A stretch of 20,000 nt of DNA from an uncultured virus (IMG/VR IMGVR_UViG_3300035688_001178). Its lineage: Duplodnaviria > Heunggongvirae > Uroviricota > Caudoviricetes. This document shows, piece by piece, positions 16,510 to 20,000 of the stretch; within the stretch, counting starts at the first letter, position 1; every line of letters begins with the position of its first letter. Position numbers and translations under genes: made by a program. The DNA lies in the IMG/VR virus record IMGVR_UViG_3300035688_001178; one strand, 5' to 3'. Under the pieces are notes generated by a model. It was not told where the DNA came from and did not search any database. It saw only the letters and a list, made by a program, of their open reading frames with translations.

Positions 16510-17802
16510 GTATCTGGGAAGCATCTGGAAGAAGGCGAGTTAAGTGAACCGGACGCCAGGCAGCTTGTGGCGCAGTATGGTCGGGAGGGATTGAATAAAC
16601 TCAAACGTGGGTTCTTGAGGAAGACTTTGGCTCTTGCGCCTGGAATGACTGACAAGACAGCCGAGTGGATCCTTCACAAGTGGGATATAAACCCGAGGGT
16701 TCAGGACGATCCGAACACTTTTTATGAGATGCTTCACAACGATGCTGGGTTGAAACCGAACATCGCCATTTCGATTGCCAAGGATGTTTTCAGTTTGGAG
16801 GAGCAGTATGCGGATATTCTCGAGGACAAGGGCGAGAAACCTATTTTCATCTCAGGCAGTCCTCGAGTCTCTGGCTCGCCTACTGGAGAACCTATTCTGT
16901 ACCGAAGAGACCAGTACTCACAGAGCACAGGGCCTTTCGACGTGCGAGGAGGAGGAGGCCGAAGAGAGTCTGACTCAGGGGGATTTCTTACCAGGGAAGA
17001 ATATTTGAGACTGGAACGCGAGAAAGAAGATCGGCGGAGAACAGAAGAACTCGAAGAGAAACGTCAGCAACGCGAAGATAAGTTCAGGGAAGACATAACC
17101 AGTACCCTGAACTCTTTTAGAGAAGAACTTGGAAAAAGCAAAAAACCGTCCGAAGAGTCTAGCGTCGAAGAGATCCCAATTGACGCACAGGGAAATCCGT
17201 GTGCTCCCGAAAACGCGGTCTCAGTCAAAAAAGTCTACAGGGGCGTTGGAGGAGGAGTCGCTAGAGCAGACCCTTTGGACACGTACTTGAAGATTAGGCA
17301 GGCCGAAAAACTGGATAAAACAGGGCAATTAGACGCGGAAGGCGTGAGGCGCATTGTTCAGGATGTGGTGGGCACCAAACCAGCAGGACCTTCGCCAGAA
17401 ATCGCTGAACTTTCAAGAAAAATGGAGGGGCTCAACCAACAACTTGTAGAGCGAGACAAAGACCTAAGCGAGAAAGAAAAACAGGCCCTTCGAGAACAAA
17501 TTACCGACTTAAAGGGCGACATGAGAACTCTCATGGACAAGGTGTCTACTTCAGGCGTCAATTCAGTTGAGGGTATGCTCACTTCAGTGGGAGGAAAACT
17601 CGTGGACAAATCTCCATTAAAAGAAGTCGGCGTGCTTATGAAAGAAATGTTAACTCCATCGGGAAACCTCATTACAGCGCCTGAGAAAGCTCCAGCAGTA
17701 ACTCAGACAATGCCAGGAGCGCCTTCTGGAATATTGGCTGCTCTCAAGGAAAAGGGTTTAGTAACTACAGTTAGGGAAAGAGTGGTCGGTGCAAGACAAT
17801 GA
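16258..17802 (+). CDS. Large HTH plus coiled-coil protein
   Basis: NPDADIKKLVEITGLPGLTIGRIKG is HTH-like; two charged coiled coils; GGTGG RBS; ATGA overlap with the ATPase gene. Confidence 0.75.
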   Translation: MTGEDEEEELETKTPVKPDEPDKLKAFFEKSRDEGKEDEEILREVFESNPDADIKKLVEITGLPGLTIGRIKGQVAIRRKRDSRVSGKHLEEGELSEPDARQLVAQYGREGLNKLKRGFLRKTLALAPGMTDKTAEWILHKWDINPRVQDDPNTFYEMLHNDAGLKPNIAISIAKDVFSLEEQYADILEDKGEKPIFISGSPRVSGSPTGEPILYRRDQYSQSTGPFDVRGGGGRRESDSGGFLTREEYLRLEREKEDRRRTEELEEKRQQREDKFREDITSTLNSFREELGKSKKPSEESSVEEIPIDAQGNPCAPENAVSVKKVYRGVGGGVARADPLDTYLKIRQAEKLDKTGQLDAEGVRRIVQDVVGTKPAGPSPEIAELSRKMEGLNQQLVERDKDLSEKEKQALREQITDLKGDMRTLMDKVSTSGVNSVEGMLTSVGGKLVDKSPLKEVGVLMKEMLTPSGNLITAPEKAPAVTQTMPGAPSGILAALKEKGLVTTVRERVVGARQ

Positions 17803-19058
17803 ACAAACCAAAAGCAATCCTAGTACTATCCGGGAAGGGTGGTGTGGGTAAGACCCTCATAGCAGTGAACCTTGCTTTAGACTTGCGGGATAAAGGCAAA
17901 AAGGTCGGATTGTTGGATGCTGATTTCTCAGCAAGCAATTCAGGCTATTTCCTTCCAGTGCAGGGCAAAAGCATAGAGCTTCTAAGAGAAGAATTCAAGC
18001 CGATAGAAGTTGAAGGAATCCAACTTTTCTCCATTCCGCTGATCCTTGGAGACAGGTCTGTAAGCATGACTGGCGACCAGTACAGTCAGCTGCTCAGAGA
18101 TGCGGCCTCCGCTACGTTGTGGGACGTTGAGTATCTGGTAATTGATTGTCCTGCAGGATTCGGAGATGAGCTTAAGGAGGCAGCCAAAATGTACGAAGAC
18201 ACTCTTCTAGGCTCCATCATAGTCGTGCAGCCGGCACACGTTTTAGACGCGAGACGAGCCCTACAACTACACAAAGACCTGGAAATGCCAGTTCTAGGCT
18301 TAATAGAAAACATGAGTTACTTCAAAGTACATCGACAATTTGAGGATTCATTACCGAAAGACCTAGTCCCGAACGAAGATGAACAGGTCATACAGATTTT
18401 CGGAGAAAGTGTCGTAGACCAGCTTGGAACTGAATTCGAAGTTCCAGTGTTCGGCAAAATTCCTCTTAGCTTAGAAATAAGAGCGCAGGTAGAGAAAAAA
18501 CAGTCACAATTAAAAGACCCTTACGACCAGCCACTTCTGAAAGCTGTTGATGCGATACTGCAAGCTAAACCGCAAAAGCCTGGTTTCCTAGCCAAGTTCA
18601 AAGCATTCGTGAAAGGCCAGTTGGACAAGCTGATCATAGAAATAGCTCTAAGCGTAAACACGGACATCAGCATACCCGACCTGCAGCAGAAATTTGGATA
18701 TCCTGGAGGTTCAGTGATTGAGCTGAACATAATGGAGGACGACATGGACCACTCCATAGAATCAACACAGTGGGTCGTGAACGGCGGCAAACTTACAATA
18801 GTTGAAGGCGAAAACGTGGTGTGGGACGCAAGAATAGACGTCACCTTCAAGGCTATCAAATGGACAATCCTACAAAACCATCCAATGTCCAACGGCAATA
18901 TGTACACGTTCCAGGACGCTTTAAGACTTGGGCACATGCGAATCTACGGGGAAAGAAGCATGGCCCGAGGAGCATTCTTCATGCAGCGCGTATTCGTTGA
19001 GCTCGCACAGAACGCGCATGCAATGGCAAGACTGAAACCTCTCCTGGAGATGCTGTAA
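17799..19058 (+). CDS. Mrp/NBP35 (MinD/ParA superfamily) ATPase lacking the CxxC motif, fused to a C-terminal SCP2-like domain
   Basis: SGKGGVGKT, VGLLDAD, YLVIDCPAGFGD, LGLIENMSYF. C-terminal WVVNGGKLTIVEG..DARIDVT..QDALRLGHMRIYG fits the SCP2 pattern. Confidence 0.85.
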   Translation: MNKPKAILVLSGKGGVGKTLIAVNLALDLRDKGKKVGLLDADFSASNSGYFLPVQGKSIELLREEFKPIEVEGIQLFSIPLILGDRSVSMTGDQYSQLLRDAASATLWDVEYLVIDCPAGFGDELKEAAKMYEDTLLGSIIVVQPAHVLDARRALQLHKDLEMPVLGLIENMSYFKVHRQFEDSLPKDLVPNEDEQVIQIFGESVVDQLGTEFEVPVFGKIPLSLEIRAQVEKKQSQLKDPYDQPLLKAVDAILQAKPQKPGFLAKFKAFVKGQLDKLIIEIALSVNTDISIPDLQQKFGYPGGSVIELNIMEDDMDHSIESTQWVVNGGKLTIVEGENVVWDARIDVTFKAIKWTILQNHPMSNGNMYTFQDALRLGHMRIYGERSMARGAFFMQRVFVELAQNAHAMARLKPLLEML

Positions 19059-19358
19059 ATGTCAGGACTCTTCGGCGGCATCCTGGAGAGCACGATCAGG
19101 AAAGAAATGAAAAACAGGATTGACGAAGTGCTCCGCTGCGGTCAAGAGTGGGACCAAACAGCCAAGACACTCAAAACTTCAATCGACAATCTTGTCGCTG
19201 AATTCAAAGCTGCAGCAGCTAAAGGCGTTTCCGTAGACCCAGCTGCAATAAAGGAAATAGGTCCGCCAATCACCAGACTGTGCAAAAACACTGACAGACT
19301 CGCAAAAGGTTTTGAAAGCTACACCAGGACAATGGTGAAGATAAGCGAGAAATTGTAG
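19059..19358 (+). CDS. Small all-helical amphipathic protein
   Basis: ATG immediately after the ATPase stop; heptad-like pattern. Confidence 0.75.
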   Translation: MSGLFGGILESTIRKEMKNRIDEVLRCGQEWDQTAKTLKTSIDNLVAEFKAAAAKGVSVDPAAIKEIGPPITRLCKNTDRLAKGFESYTRTMVKISEKL

Positions 19359-20000
19359 ATGAACCAGCAGATTTACTGGCAGTCACTTAAAGGTCAACGG
19401 ATCGGAAGATGGCTCAAGGTACAGCCATTCATAGAAGAACGAACTTGCCCTATTTGTGGCTCTAAGTTTACGGTGAATGGGTTAACTAGAGAACAGAGAT
19501 ACTGCTCCCGTGCATGTTATCATAAAGACCCGAGGATAAGACAAATCCGAGCTAATGTGCATATCGGCAACAGAAACAGTTCCAAAAAGCCAGAAGTTAG
19601 AAGTAAAATCAGTGCAAGCATAAAGAGAATATGGGATACCATTGACCAATATGGAATGAAAGGCAAGAAACATACTGAAGCATCAATTGACAAAATGAGA
19701 AAAAACAGACCGGTCAGAACTGGAGCTAGGCATCACAACTGGAAAGGTGGAATCACTCCACAATCGCTCTTAGGAAGGCAATCTGCTAAATACCACAAAT
19801 GGAGGAAGGAAGTTCTTAATAGGGACGGCCATAGGTGCAGAGTCAAAGACTGCACCGAGAGTAACAAGGTTATAGCCCATCACATACTTGACTTTGCAGA
19901 GCATCCCGACATGAGGTACGCTGTTGAAAACGGCATAACCGTTTGTAGGAAACATCATAATCAGAAACATAGAGGAGGAATCGTTCTTCAGTTTGCCTAG
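19359..20000 (+). CDS. HNH endonuclease with Zn-ribbon and NUMOD3 motifs (homing endonuclease-like)
   Basis: CPICG..YCSRAC, KGKKHTEASIDKM (NUMOD3), NWKGG, WRKEVLNRDGHRC..AHHI..NGITVCRKHHNQKH. Confidence 0.88.
   Translation: MNQQIYWQSLKGQRIGRWLKVQPFIEERTCPICGSKFTVNGLTREQRYCSRACYHKDPRIRQIRANVHIGNRNSSKKPEVRSKISASIKRIWDTIDQYGMKGKKHTEASIDKMRKNRPVRTGARHHNWKGGITPQSLLGRQSAKYHKWRKEVLNRDGHRCRVKDCTESNKVIAHHILDFAEHPDMRYAVENGITVCRKHHNQKHRGGIVLQFA

Noticed and set aside
16131..16655. 174-aa minus-strand ORF and other antisense ORFs (e.g. 2611-3039, 3160-3564, 11169-11516, 18521-18937)
   Set aside because: They are shadows of well-supported genes on the opposite strand, with Ser/Phe-rich composition and no motifs.
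17799..19058. Ordinary Fe-S carrier ApbC/Mrp
   Set aside because: The CPxC cluster-binding motif is missing and there is an extra C-terminal domain, so no gene symbol was assigned.
1..20000. tRNA/rRNA genes, integrase, att sites or transposase
   Set aside because: None recognised. Intergenic gaps are short and explained by promoters or terminators.

Overview
This window is densely packed, archaeal-style accessory DNA. Signals include GGTGA/AGGAGA ribosome-binding sites, TTTATA boxes, oligo-T terminators, overlapping start/stop codons and many TTG starts. It looks like part of an archaeal virus/provirus or other mobile element, but no integrase, polymerase or packaging ATPase is visible, so that identity is inferred. 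(1) 1-6092 (+) is a glycan-modification operon: two SAM methyltransferases, a radical SAM/SPASM enzyme, two GT2-like proteins and a GT4 interrupted by a 360-aa LAGLIDADG intein. (2) 6123-11631 is an orphan module: a 269-aa candidate shell protein, three tandem paralogous beta-rich proteins with variable loops, an HExxH metallopeptidase, an RHH-containing regulator and many small basic or amphipathic proteins. (3) 11575-16107 holds an AbrB-UbiA prenyltransferase fusion, a signal-less subtilase, an Ig/S-layer-like protein and a geranylgeranyl reductase. (4) 16041-19358 holds a cluster of TCTCGAGA palindromes at a divergent promoter, an HTH/coiled-coil protein, and an Mrp/MinD-type ATPase that lacks its Fe-S cysteines and carries an SCP2-like lipid-carrier domain. 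A NUMOD3/HNH endonuclease follows at 19359-20000. The best candidate for a new system is an element with its own isoprenoid-lipid tailoring and lipid-handling ATPase, linked to putative particle proteins, maturation proteases and glycosylation enzymes. All family calls come from motif recognition only; no searches were run.
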